A stretch of DNA of 64,000 nucleotides from Felis catus (taxonomy: Eukaryota). Location of the stretch: assembly GCF_018350175.1 (NCBI RefSeq), contig NC_058381.1, positions 57,908,001 to 57,972,000 of the forward strand, read 5' to 3'. Under the pieces are notes generated by a model. That model saw nothing but the letters and a program-made list of their open reading frames with translations, searched no databases and was not told the origin of the DNA. Numbering within the stretch: the first letter of the stretch is position 1; the number at the start of each line of letters is the position of its first letter. Made by a program: the position numbers and the translations under genes. Positions 1 through 10,520 of the stretch are shown piece by piece.

Positions 1-1561
1 TGGGGGGGGGGGAGGGGGTTGGGGAAAGAATAACAGCCCGTCCCCATAATCCAGAATAATGACCCCATCTCAAATCAGAAGATTAGCAACGTTGGGGCAC
101 CTGGGTGGCTCAGTCAGTTAAGTATCAGGCTCTTGATTTTGGCTCAGGTCATGATCATGCAGTTTGTGGGTTCTGGCCCCGCGTCTTGGGATTCTCTCTC
201 CCTCCCTCTCTCTCTGCCTCTGTCTCTCTCTCTCTCCCAAAATAAATAAATACACTTAAAAATATATACTAACAACCTTAATACCCCTCTGCCAGTAACA
301 TACATATTCCAGGGTTTACGACGCCAACATCTACCTACCAAACAGGCCCAGGCCCCTACAGCCCAGCAGTGGCAGTTGAGTGTAAGCCCTGGTTTAGTTC
401 CAAGGCCCAGGGGCCTACTAATTCCCCGGGGGGGGGGGGGGGGGGCGGTGCGGGGGCCTAGCTGTTCTGGGCCCAGCCCTGGTTGCTGAGCCCATGGGGT
501 GCTGTGGCCTCCGGGTTATCTCCTTGCTGCAGGAACCCACCCTGGGAGCCTCCTAGGGGCCCCAGAGTGGAGGTGGCCCTGTTGAGGGAGCTCTCGTGAG
601 CCTGAGCAGAGGGTCCTCTGCCAGCAGAGGCATGAGGCTCCTTCAGCTGCTCTGCTTGGCCCTGCTGGGTGAGCCACTGGGGACATCGCGCGGGGGGCAG
701 GAGGGAGCCCTGCCAGGGCCTCGGGGAAGCAGGCTCGTGCAGGGGTGCCAGTGAGCACAGGAGAGGGACCTGGAGGCACAGACACTTCTGGAAGCGCAGG
801 AGAGAGGGAGAGACGTGGGCTTGGGTCTCAGACCAGCCCCTTGTGGCCCCTTTACCGATCGCGGCATCATTCTGGGCCCGCTATTTACTCATCCACAAAA
901 TGACTGATGACACCAAATGTTGAGGCCTCGAAAGAGCTTTTGTGAGTGAAGACGCTTGCTGAGTCCTAGGCTTCCCTTCTGGCCTCGGCAGGAGGCTCTC
1001 CGGGCGGCCTCTGCGTCCTGGGCTCTCTGCTTACTCCCCTATCACCCTCTCCTCTGGAAGCCACCAGCAGCTTCTCTGCGGAGCAGGAGGAGGCCTAGTG
1101 GCCCGCGTGAAGGAGACGGCTGGTGGAGGTTGCTGATAGAGAGGGGGTGTTTGTTGGCAGACAGCTGGACGATTCTGGAACTTGGCCTCAACTCCTGCGG
1201 GGTCTTGGGGGGGTGCGGAGAGGAGCGGGGTGAGCAGGCCAGTGTGGGACCTCCAGGGGCCATGGGGCCAGGAGAGCGCTGGCTTCCACCTGGGCTGTGG
1301 TGGGGGAGGGAGAGGGAGCAGCGCGCATGTCCCTGGGCAGGCTTGTCCAGTCTTTTTACCCCAGGGGCCCGATCTGGAACAGGAGCCCTTCCTGGAGCCC
1401 CCCAGCTCTGCCAGGTGGGGGTGGCCCCAGAGAGGGCTGGGGGCATTCCAGCGGGGCGTCTCTGCCCCGAGGAAGAGGAAGTCCGGGCTTCCTCAGAGGT
1501 CCGGCCAAGGGAGCCTGACTTACTCTCAGAGGCAGCCGGAGGGTGGCAGGGTCCCCGCTCT

Positions 1562-1575
1562 CCACCAGGGGGCGG
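1562..1575 (+). promoter_or_regulatory. CTCF-binding motif (candidate)
   Basis: CCACCAGGGGGCGG matches the CTCF core consensus; it lies in a CpG-rich patch next to GC boxes (1605-1650). Confidence 0.55.
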
Positions 1576-2891
1576 TACAGAACCAGGGGGAGGGGACGCT
1601 CCTGGGCCCGCCTCCGCGCCTGCCTCCCGCCCTGCTCTGCCCCCGCCCCCATTTCTAGCCCTGTGACCCTTAAGGTCAAGGTGGTGGGTCACCTCCTCCT
1701 CTCCACCAGGCTGGGGGCTGGCGCGCCTCCCTGACTTATCTCAACCGTTACCTTCCCTGGGTCACGGGGTCGCAGAATTGGCACCTGCCCCTATTCCACT
1801 GAAGGGTGGGCCTCGCGCGAAGGCGGCAGAGGCAGAACTATCATTTCCTCATTCGCTTTAAAAACAAACGCGTCAGTTGTGGTGTTTCTGCTAAAAAGAG
1901 ACAGCAGCTTGAGGCGGCAGACATTCCTGTCCCCGACTCCGGGAAGTACCTGTCCCCCCCCCTCCCCCACCCCCCGTCTGCCCCCCGCCCCGCCCCGCCC
2001 CTGCCTTCTGCTCAGAGTCTTACCCAACAACCTTCGCTAACCCAACTCCTGAGAGATCAGCTGCTAAATCTTTCATTCATTCAGCACAGCCTGTTGGAGC
2101 ACCTGTTCGGTGCCAGGCACTGTTCTAGGCCCCAAGACGGATGTGCAGAAGCAAAACAGAGGTCTCCCGTCCTCACAAAGCATACTTTCCAGTGGGGCTG
2201 GGAGGGGGGACACAGACGACGGTGAAAATAAGCGATTTGCACAGTGTGCTGGGATGTGGTAAGCTCTAGACAAAAGCAAGCAGGTAAGAGTAGAAGGGAA
2301 TACGGGGTGGGGCGGGGCGGGGGCAGCAGCCTTTACTGGGAGATCGTCACTGAGAAGGAGACACCCAAGCTGGAGGAGGAAATGGCCTGAGCGCAGGAAG
2401 CAGTAGGGAGGGGAGAGCTTGATGGGGAGGAGGGTTGAGCAGTTACAGGGACAGGGTTTGCGCCGAAGACCTGGGCCGCTTTCCCCTTCACGGGTTCTGT
2501 GTTGAGAAGAGACGGGATGGGAACCACGGGGGCGTCCCAGGGGCCTTCGGGCTGCTCCCCGGATCCAGAGGCAAGATCTGGTGATAGCCAGAGCCCTGGG
2601 GGGTGGGGGGGGGGGGGAGAAGCGATCAAGACATTCTGGAGGTCAGGCCAGTGGCACGTGCTGAGGACACAAGGTGATGCGCTGCGAAAGAGCCGCGGGA
2701 GATGATCCCGAGGTTTTTGGCCCGAGCGACTCAGAGGACTGGCTAAGTGAAGTGGAGTCTTGCCATAGGATGTTGTGCAGCTAAACGCCTCAGTGGGAGC
2801 AAGAAAGTTGGACACGAGAGATTGGAAGTGAAGGAACCAAAGAACCAAGATACTGAAAAGAGTATCTCTGTGTGTTTTGAAATCCCCAAGA

Positions 2892-3011
2892 GGGGGGTGG
2901 GAGGGAGGGGAGGGTGGGTGATGGGTACTGAGGAGGGCACCTTTTGGGATGAGCGCTGGGTGTTGTATGGAAACCAATTTGACAATAAACTTCATATATT
3001 GAAAAAAAAAA
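2892..3011 (+). mobile_element. 5'-truncated carnivore L1 3' end with A tail
   Basis: L1 3'UTR sequence (gggatgagcgctgggtgttgtatggaaaccaatttgacaataaa), A tail, and perfect TSD TGAAATCCCCAAGA at 2878-2891 and 3012-3025. Confidence 0.85.
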
Positions 3012-4499
3012 TGAAATCCCCAAGAATTCGGGCAAGTGTGGTACCGTGGGAACCGGGGGCAAGAATCTTCAGGGAGTGATAGGCGTTTCTAGGTAATGGT
3101 AGCCCAGGGGAGCAGGGCAGAATACGTCTGAAGATACGAGGTTCCAGGATGGTGTTTAGGGAGGAAGGAGGGAGACTAGTCCAGAAGTGTCGAGGGGAAG
3201 TCCACCCCTGTCCTCCCAGGTCAGTGCTGGGGAGGCTGTGGGGGACCCCCAGCACCAGGGACAACAGCTAGGGTAGGCGGAGCTGGGGGCCTGGGGGTCC
3301 CCGTGGGGCCGCCATGAACACATGACAATGTTCTCATTCAGCAGGTGGGGGTGGGGGGATCTGGTTGAAGCATGGATCCAAGCTAGATTGTACTCCCTCC
3401 CCGAGCGAGAGCAAAGGAACCTCGGATTGTCCCCCATTCGTTCCTAAAACCTGTTTGGAATTTTTGAGTGACGTTCTAGACCACTTCATAAGAGCCACAT
3501 TGGAGGGGGTGCTGTATTAATTCCTTGCCGCTGCAGCCAATTACCCCGGGGGTGGGGGCAGGGTAGGGCTGGAAGGTATCTTTTGGGAAGAGACAATTCA
3601 ACCCTCAAAGGTGGGCTGGCTGTTCAGCATCTGATCCCTGGGCCCCACCTTAGGTCTAAGAAATTGGATCTTTGGGTTTGGGACTCAAATCTCCAAGCCT
3701 CCGGTTATGACACACACATACACAAGTCTGGAGAGCCGCCTAGCCACGGGGGCGGCGGCAGCTCGGCTCTCCCCGCTTACACCCCAAGGGGCTTCCTTCT
3801 TCCCTTAGCAACAGAAGGAGGCTCTGCGCGGCCACCCACTCAGCCCAGCGCAGCCTGGCTCCGCTTCGGGTCTGAGCGTGGGCTTGTCTCCACTCCACCG
3901 CATCATTCCAGTGCTCTGACGCGGTGATGAATTTTTAAGTGCGTGCCGGAGCACTCACTACCCGTGGGTTAAATGCATCAACTAAACAATCAAAAGACAA
4001 CGACCACGCCGGTCCTGAAAAGTGACCCCCCCCACCCTGCACCCCCCCCCACCCCTCTTACAGAGCTCACGGGACTCTGGTCCGTGAACTTATGTAAATC
4101 AAGCTTCTATAAATGGCCATCGAAATGGAAACAAAGGCGGCCAGCTTTTCCTTTGAACTTTTATAGGTCCTCCTTCCGTTGAAGGGAGCAAAAAAAAAAA
4201 AAAAAAAAAAAAATGTCTCCAGACACAAAGGTCCCCTGGAAGCAAGGCCACCTCTGGTGGAGAACCTCTGATCTAGAAAGAACTATGCTTAGGGGTCAGA
4301 AACTTAAGCACACCTGGGAAATGTCTCTGGAGGAAGAACATTCTGGTTGGTTCCAGTTCTCTGCTCGGTGAGCAGTTTTCTGATGGCGGTGCGATTTCCA
4401 GAGCCAGTGTGCCCAGCAGGGCAAGGGTGGTGCACAAGGTATATATTTCGATTTGGTAAACCCTTTTCTCTACGCCCCAAGCACTGCCCCCGCACACTA

Positions 4500-4781
4500 T
4501 TTTTTTAATGTTTATTATTTTGAGAGAGAGAGAGAGAGTCATATATGTCTTCCAGTTTGCTTCTTCCTCCTTTTTATATGTTTATTTTTGAGAGAGAGAG
4601 AGACAGACAGAGCACGAGTGGGGGAGGGGCAGAGAGAGAGAGGGAGACCCAGAATCCCAAGCAGGCTCCAGGCTCTGAGCTGTCAGCACAGAGCCCAACG
4701 GGGGGCTCGAACTCACGAGCCGTGAGGTCATGACCTGAGCCAAAGTCGTACACTCAACCGACTGAGCCCCCCAGGCGCCCT
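4500..4781 (-). mobile_element. CanSINE with doubled tail and captured foreign flank
   Basis: tRNA-derived CanSINE head and body on the minus strand, (GA)n tract, and a second tail at 4500-4537. Confidence 0.85.
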
Positions 4782-5867
4782 TCCCGCCCCCCCACTATTC
4801 TTCAACAGGCACCATTAACATGAACAATCCGACCCTCCCCCGCAAACCCCCATTCCGAAAGCAGCTCTGTTTCCTCCTGGCCTCTCTGCCTTGGAGAATT
4901 CACTATTGGCAGCGAGAGGGCCAGCCAGTAGGAAGCTCTTAGAAATGTCTTCTGCATCAGGTCGACTCCAGGATCCGCCTACAAAACAAAGAAGTTACTT
5001 CCAAGTTCCGCGTCTTGATGGACGAGCGCCTTCGGGGCGTGGCCGGGCAATGGGTCTGGTCCTGGGTTTTCCAGGGGCTGGGAGCATCCAGTCTCCTTCC
5101 GGAATCCTGCTTTCCCAAGTGGCATCTTTCTCTCTGGCTCAGCTGGTCCCTGTGGATCTGGGTCATACCCTCTACCCTCGCGTTCCGACGGTCCCTTTAA
5201 ACTAGACATTGACCCCTCTGGGAGCAGGGGCCGGGCATCCCAGGCACCCTGGTGGGTCTGGCAGAGGAGGCCTCTGATACCAGGGGGCAGACAGGCCTTC
5301 CCGGTCTCAGCTCCCCCTCCCCTCCCCCGTCCAGCATCAGGTCCGAGCTCGGGGCCAGCTGATCGGGTGGCTGGTCGACTTGGCACCTAACTTGTCTCTA
5401 TCTCGGTGAGGAAATCCCCAGCTCGGCGCGTCCTCGAGGCGCGCACTTTATCGCATTAGGAGATGCCTGGACCGCGCATGCGCTCCCGGCTGGACATGCG
5501 CATTAGGAGCTGCCGTCTCCTGTAGCGGGTGGTTCAGCCAACCAACCCGAGATGGGTGGTGTCACCACGAGGCACACCAACGCCTGTCCTGCGAGTTCCA
5601 GTCGACAGACTGGTTGAACCTAGAAGTTGAATCCAGCGTCCGCTCTCCCGACCTCTGTTCAAACCTCTCCGTGCTTCCTACTCACATCCTAATTTCATTT
5701 TGTTTTTGTAATAAAATATTCTGGACAAAAAAGAGTCTAAGTCCCAGAGGTAGACTTTTATCCAGTAGGGTTTCCTTCCTTCCTTCCTTCCTCCTTTCTT
5801 CTTCTTTTTCTCTCTTCCTCCTTCCCTCCATCTTTTCCCTCCCCCCTCCCCTCCCCTACTTTCTCCT

Positions 5868-6220
5868 TTCTAAATTGAGGTGAGGTGAATTTCACTTAGC
5901 ACAAAATTAACCATTTTAAAGTGACGATTCACAGCATCTGATGCATTCACAATGTTGTGCAACCACACCTCTATCTAGTTCCAGAACATTTCCATCACCC
6001 CAAAAGGAAAACCCCTACACAATTAGCGGTCACTTCCCATTTCCCCCTCCGCCGGCCCCTGCCCACTACCAGTCTGCTTTCTGTCTCAGGATTTTCCTAT
6101 TCTGGACATTTCCCACGAGCGGAATAGAACAGATGTTGCCTTTTGTGTCTGACTTCTTTCCCCGGGCGTAATGTTTTTAAGGTTCGTCTGTGCCGTAGCA
6201 TGGATCGGAACGTCACTCCC
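5868..6220 (-). mobile_element. Old L1M-type 3' fragment
   Basis: Characteristic aaattaaccattttaaagtg...cattcacaatgttgtgcaacc...atcaccccaaaaggaaaccc motif. Confidence 0.7.
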
Positions 6221-6462
6221 TTTTTTTTTTTTTTTTAATTTTTTTATTTATTTTTATTTTTATTTTATTTTTGAGAGAGAGAGAGAGAGAGACAGAGTGC
6301 GAGCAGAGGAGGGGCACAGAGAGAGGGAGACACAGAATCCGAAGCAGGCTCCAGGCTCTGAGCTGTCAGCACAGACCCTGACGCGGGGCTCGAACTCACA
6401 AACCATGAGATCATGATCTGAGCCAGTCAGACGCCCAACTGACTAAGCCACCCAGGAGCTCC
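6221..6462 (-). mobile_element. CanSINE without TSD (possible recombinant)
   Basis: Full SINE on the minus strand; flanks cgtcactccc and tagaatccag do not match. Confidence 0.8.
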
Positions 6463-6548
6463 TAGAATCCAGATTCTTCTAAGTGACAGTTCTTGTTCTG
6501 AAGGAACATGTATTCCAGTAAAAGGGTCAGTACTGAAAAAATATAAAT

Positions 6549-6668
6549 AGGGGCTGCCAGATAAATTTTGCACAGGACACATTCATACCGAAAAATTATT
6601 CATTATTTACCTGAAACTCAAATTTAACTGGGCACCCTGTATTTTTATTTGGTAAGTCTGGCAACCCA
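6549..6668. mobile_element. MER53-like hAT MITE fragment
   Basis: Terminal inverted repeats ggg(g)ctgccaga ... tctggcaaccc and internal aaatttaactgggcaccctgtattt. Confidence 0.55.
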
Positions 6669-6754
6669 GAATGTACCATAAGAACAAAACCAAATGTGAA
6701 ATTGTGTGGTACACACTACAAGTAGGGTTGAAACCCAGACATATGACAGATGGA

Positions 6755-6947
6755 GGGGCGCCTGGGTGGCTCAGTCGGTTAAGCGTCCGACTTCAGCTCA
6801 GGTCATGATCTCACAGTCTGTGAGTTCGAGCCCCATGTCGGGCTCTGTGGTGACAGCTCGGAGCCTGGAGCCTGCTTTGGATTCTGTGTCTCCCTCTCTC
6901 TCCGCCCCTCCCCTGCTCATGCTCTGTCTCTCTCTGTCTCAAAAATA

Positions 6948-6986
<39 letters not shown>

Positions 6987-7008
6987 ATATTAAAAAAAAA
7001 AAAAAAAA
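6755..7008 (+). mobile_element. CanSINE
   Basis: GGGGCGCCTGGGTGGCTCAGTCGGTTAAG head, (AAAT)n tail, TSD GACAGATGGA. Confidence 0.9.
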
Positions 7009-8407
7009 GACAGATGGAGTAATCCAGAAGGCTGCCTGGAGGAGGCAGCAATGACAGGCCTCCAAGCCCAGTAGGCACTTTGAAACGAGGGAATTTGCTG
7101 GGGAGAGGGTGTTAAAGTCACGCAGTCATGCCTTGCTAACCTCTTCCACCCTATCGGAGCCCATGTCTCAGCTACAGGCTAACTCCACCTTGCTGGACGG
7201 AGACACGGGCCCCAGGGTGGAGATTTCCTGCCAGGTGCCCTCAGGCAGCCCACCCATCGCCTCTAGCCTTGTCGGGAAGGACCCACAGGTCCCCGTGCAG
7301 CGGGGACCGAACTACGGGCAGTCTGCCAACTTCTTCCCACTTACCCCGATGTCAGCCTGGCATTGGAGCCAGGCTGAAAAGGACTTCAGTGGCCACCCCA
7401 GCCCGTTCAAGCTGGTGTCCCCAGGTGAGAGGGCCCCTTGGTTTCCAGAGGGGCGGTTGGCACTTCTGGGTGGGTCAGCGGGAGGTAGGAGAGCCCCGCC
7501 CTGGCCCTGCCTAAGGGAGGCCAGCTCAGCCACCCCCGCCTCCCTCCCGGGGCAGCTGCCCCTGGTACCCACCTCTGTGCTGGCTGGTTGGTAGCCTCAC
7601 CTCCATTGCTGCTGTTGCCTCTGGGTTGCTGGACCAAGCACGCGGATCGGGTAGGAAACGGGTGCAGGATGTGGGGGACAGCGAGAAGGAGGTCGGGTAG
7701 CGGGTTTGGAGGACAGGGCTGCCTCCAGGGCAAACGAAGGGCCATGTGGCTCATGCATCACCTGCAAGAGTTTATGAAGGGCCTACTGTGTGCCACGTGT
7801 CTGCTGAGGGCTTGCACTTCCGTGGCTTTATCTGACCCCGACCAACACTCCCCTGTGATGGAGTCAGTTGGCCTCCGGGTGGGGCATTCATTCGCCTGTA
7901 TTCCTGACGGGTCTGGGGAGGGACACGAGGAGCGGGGTTGAAGCCTCCTGGGGACCAGGCTGGATCAGGGGCTTCTGTTCCCCGTGGGAACCACATAGGT
8001 CGGTGCTTCCCAGCTGGTGACAAGAGGCAGGGGCTGGACCTCCTGGGGTCCCGTGTCTAAGGCTCTCAGTTCACTGACTTGTAAAGCGACCGGGCCTTTG
8101 TGTTGTCTGTCCCCAAGCCCCACAGGCCTCTGCGTGTTGCACCTGTCTGGCCTTTGGCAGCAACAACCTCTGCCCCGTGAACTTCTCACCTGCCTTGGTC
8201 TCTAGACACGGCCATCTCCTGGTTGGCTTCCTCCCTCCCTAGCCAAGCTTTTCAGTGGCCGCTGTCCGGGAGTCTATCCTTGGCACTCTCCTCGTCTCAC
8301 ATCAGTGTCCCTTCCTCCCATCTCTGTCCTTTCCAGAGGCCAGACTCCTGGGAGAGCCGCGTCACCTCTCTGAGCCTCGGTTTTCCCTTTTATAAAGGGG
8401 ATAGAGA

Positions 8408-8615
8408 GGGGCACCTGGGTGACTCAGTCGGTTGAGCGACCGACTTTGGCTCAGGTCATGATCTCGCAGTGTGTGAGTTCGAGCCCTGCGTCGGGCTCTG
8501 TGCTGACAGCTCGGAGCCTGGAGCCTGCTTGGGATTCTCTCTGCCCCTCCCCTGCTCATGCTCTGTGTCTCTCTGTCTCTCAATAATAAATAAACGTTAA
8601 AAAATTTTTTTTTAA
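8408..8615 (+). mobile_element. CanSINE
   Basis: Typical head, CT-rich tract and A-rich tail. Confidence 0.85.
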
Positions 8616-9749
8616 TATATAAATGGGATACGGAGACCAGGCTCTCCCTCGCCACGTGACCAGGAGCCGACGCTTGCCCTCTTGGTGACTCAGTGCCCCC
8701 CTTCATTTAGTGGAGTGACTAAGCCTTATACCCCTTCTCCTGCCCAGGGCACTGATGCGCTTGGCACCATAAAATTCCTGGAGGCCTTGGGAGGGGTGGC
8801 TGAGAGGTGTGCTTGCCTAACCTGGAATCTTAACTCCTTTATCATCAAGGCTGTGGCCAGACGATGCGGGCTCGGCAGAGTCCCCTCAGGAGGGCCCCGG
8901 CTGTCTGTCCCCTACAGAAGGACTCGCCATTTGAATGAAGGAAATCCCTGCCGGCCCTGATTCTTGAAGGCTGGTGTTCTTCCACGAACACACATGGTGT
9001 TAGTGTGACAATTTCAGGACGGGGATGGAATGAATAGAAGGGCCTGTGATGGAAGGGGAGGTCCACAGAAAGTGGGGGGACCTCTGTGTGGCCCCTGTCC
9101 TCACCGTCCCTGCAGGTCTGGGGAGAGGGTGGGGTAGACTGTGAAAAGGCCCAGCTGCAACAACTCACTCAGCGTCCCCTCCTCCTCCCCCACCCCTGCT
9201 CCCCTCTTCCCTGGTGTGGCACCCCATCTCCTGGTGGCCTAGTCGCCTGTCACTGTGTGGCTCACCTGGGAGGATTCTGAGCACCGCCCCCCTCTCCCCC
9301 CCAGCACCCACTCATTAATCCTTACCCGCAACTAGCAAAAACTGTCTGGAATTTTTCCCTTCCGGTCAGTCCGTGGCCCCTAGGGAGCGCACCCCCACCC
9401 CACCCCCCATCAGCCTTCTCTGTTCAGATGCTCTAAAGATGTTGGGGTGGGGGAGGGCTGGGTTAAACTCTGCCCTCTGCCTGTCACCCTGGAAACTTTG
9501 TTTCTGTCTGCATACCATCTTGGGCATGGAAGTCTGAAGTCACACACCCCTGGGGCCTGGCTCAGCCCCGGAAAATTTGCGGAGCGGGCACCCCCAGGCT
9601 TAGCTCCAGACGGGAGCAAAGAGCGACAGGCCAGTCGAGGAGGGCGTCCAGGCTGTGGGCTGGGGTTTGGGATGGAATGGGGAGAAAAGAGGGGGTGCTT
9701 CTGAGCCTGGGTGAGGCCCAGAACGGCATCTATCTGCTGGGCTTCCTGG

Positions 9750-10520
9750 AGAAGGCGGGAGGGCGGGGGGGGGGGGGGGGGGGGGGGCAGTGTGGGTGGG
9801 GCAGAGGGGCGGGCCCTCCTGGCGTCCCTCTCTTCCTGGGGACTCTCTGGCCCCTTGCTGGGGGCAGGGGGACGCGGCCCCCGCCACGACGTGGGCTGGA
9901 CGTTTGTCGGCCGCCAGAACGCAGGCAGGCCCAGCCGTCGGAGCGTCCGGGCCGCTCTGCTCGCCGCTGGCTGCGGACCGCATTTTGCCCTCGGTCCCTG
10001 GGGCCGCGCTGGCCACGCCCCTGGGGGCGGGGCCGGGCCGGGGCGGGGCGGGGCGGTGGCAGGGTCCTAGGCTGGCGGCGGCGGCTACGGCGGCGGCGGC
10101 GGCGGAGGCGACATGGAGAGCGGGGCCTACGGCGCGGCCAAGGCAGGCGGCTCCTTCGACCTGTGGCGCTTCCTGACGCAGCCGCAGGTGGTGGCGCGCG
10201 CCGTGTGCATGGTGAGCGGGTGGGGAGCCGGGCGGGGGAACCGGACTCCGCCGCCGGGGACCGGGCGGGGGAGGGGGTGCCGCGAGGCTGCGAGCGCGAC
10301 AGGTGGCGGCGGCCGAGGCCCGGGGGAGGGGTGCGGGTGGCGCGCGTGGGGCCGGCGAGGGGGCCCGGGCCCCGCCGCCCTCCATCCTCCGGGCCCCGCC
10401 GGCCGCCACTCGCGCGCCGCAGCTTTCCCCGGCTTCCCCTGGTCCCCACTGCCCCCCACCGGCCGGGCCCGGGCGCGGGGTGGCCCGGAGGCGCCGCGGG
10501 GGAGCAGGCCTGTCGCCCTG
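9750..10520 (+). promoter_or_regulatory. SYNGR2 CpG-island promoter with GC boxes and (GGC)n 5'UTR
   Basis: Very high CpG density, tandem GGGGCGGGG at 10024-10057, GGC repeats at 10074-10110 and a G23 run at 9765-9787. Confidence 0.85.

Larger units (their letters stand above)
632..8960 (+). pseudogene. C17orf99: C17orf99 / IL-40 ortholog, probable unitary pseudogene. Remnants: exon 1 632-668, exon 2 1061-1093, Ig exon 7158-7424, hydrophobic exon 7551-7650, terminal exon from ~8850
   Basis: Exon 1 is ATG MRLLQLLCLALL-G|GTGAG (signal peptide). Exon 2 ATSSFSAEQEE resembles human AASSFSKAREE. 7158-7424 encodes PMSQLQANSTLLDGDTGPRVEISCQVPSGSPPIASSLVGKD..., matching the human second Ig exon (PVSELRANFTLQDRGAGPRVEMICQASSGSPPITNSLIGKD, recalled). 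8850-8960 resembles the human C-terminal exon. Position upstream of SYNGR2 is syntenic. Multiple disabling lesions are listed under findings. Confidence 0.85.

Noticed and set aside
956-1692. 236-aa and 216-aa ORFs
   Set aside because: GC-rich intron of C17orf99 with no domain signature; only the 33-nt exon 2 remnant is meaningful.
3924-4018. Possible C/D box snoRNA (GTGATGA ... CTGA)
   Set aside because: No terminal stem and no recognisable guide; motifs this short occur by chance.
4215-4260. Weak resemblance to the missing C17orf99 Ig1 exon start
   Set aside because: Preceded by poly-A rather than an acceptor, and no sustained peptide similarity.
6755-6830. tRNA-like A/B boxes in many places
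   Set aside because: All are tRNA-derived CanSINE heads, not tRNA genes.
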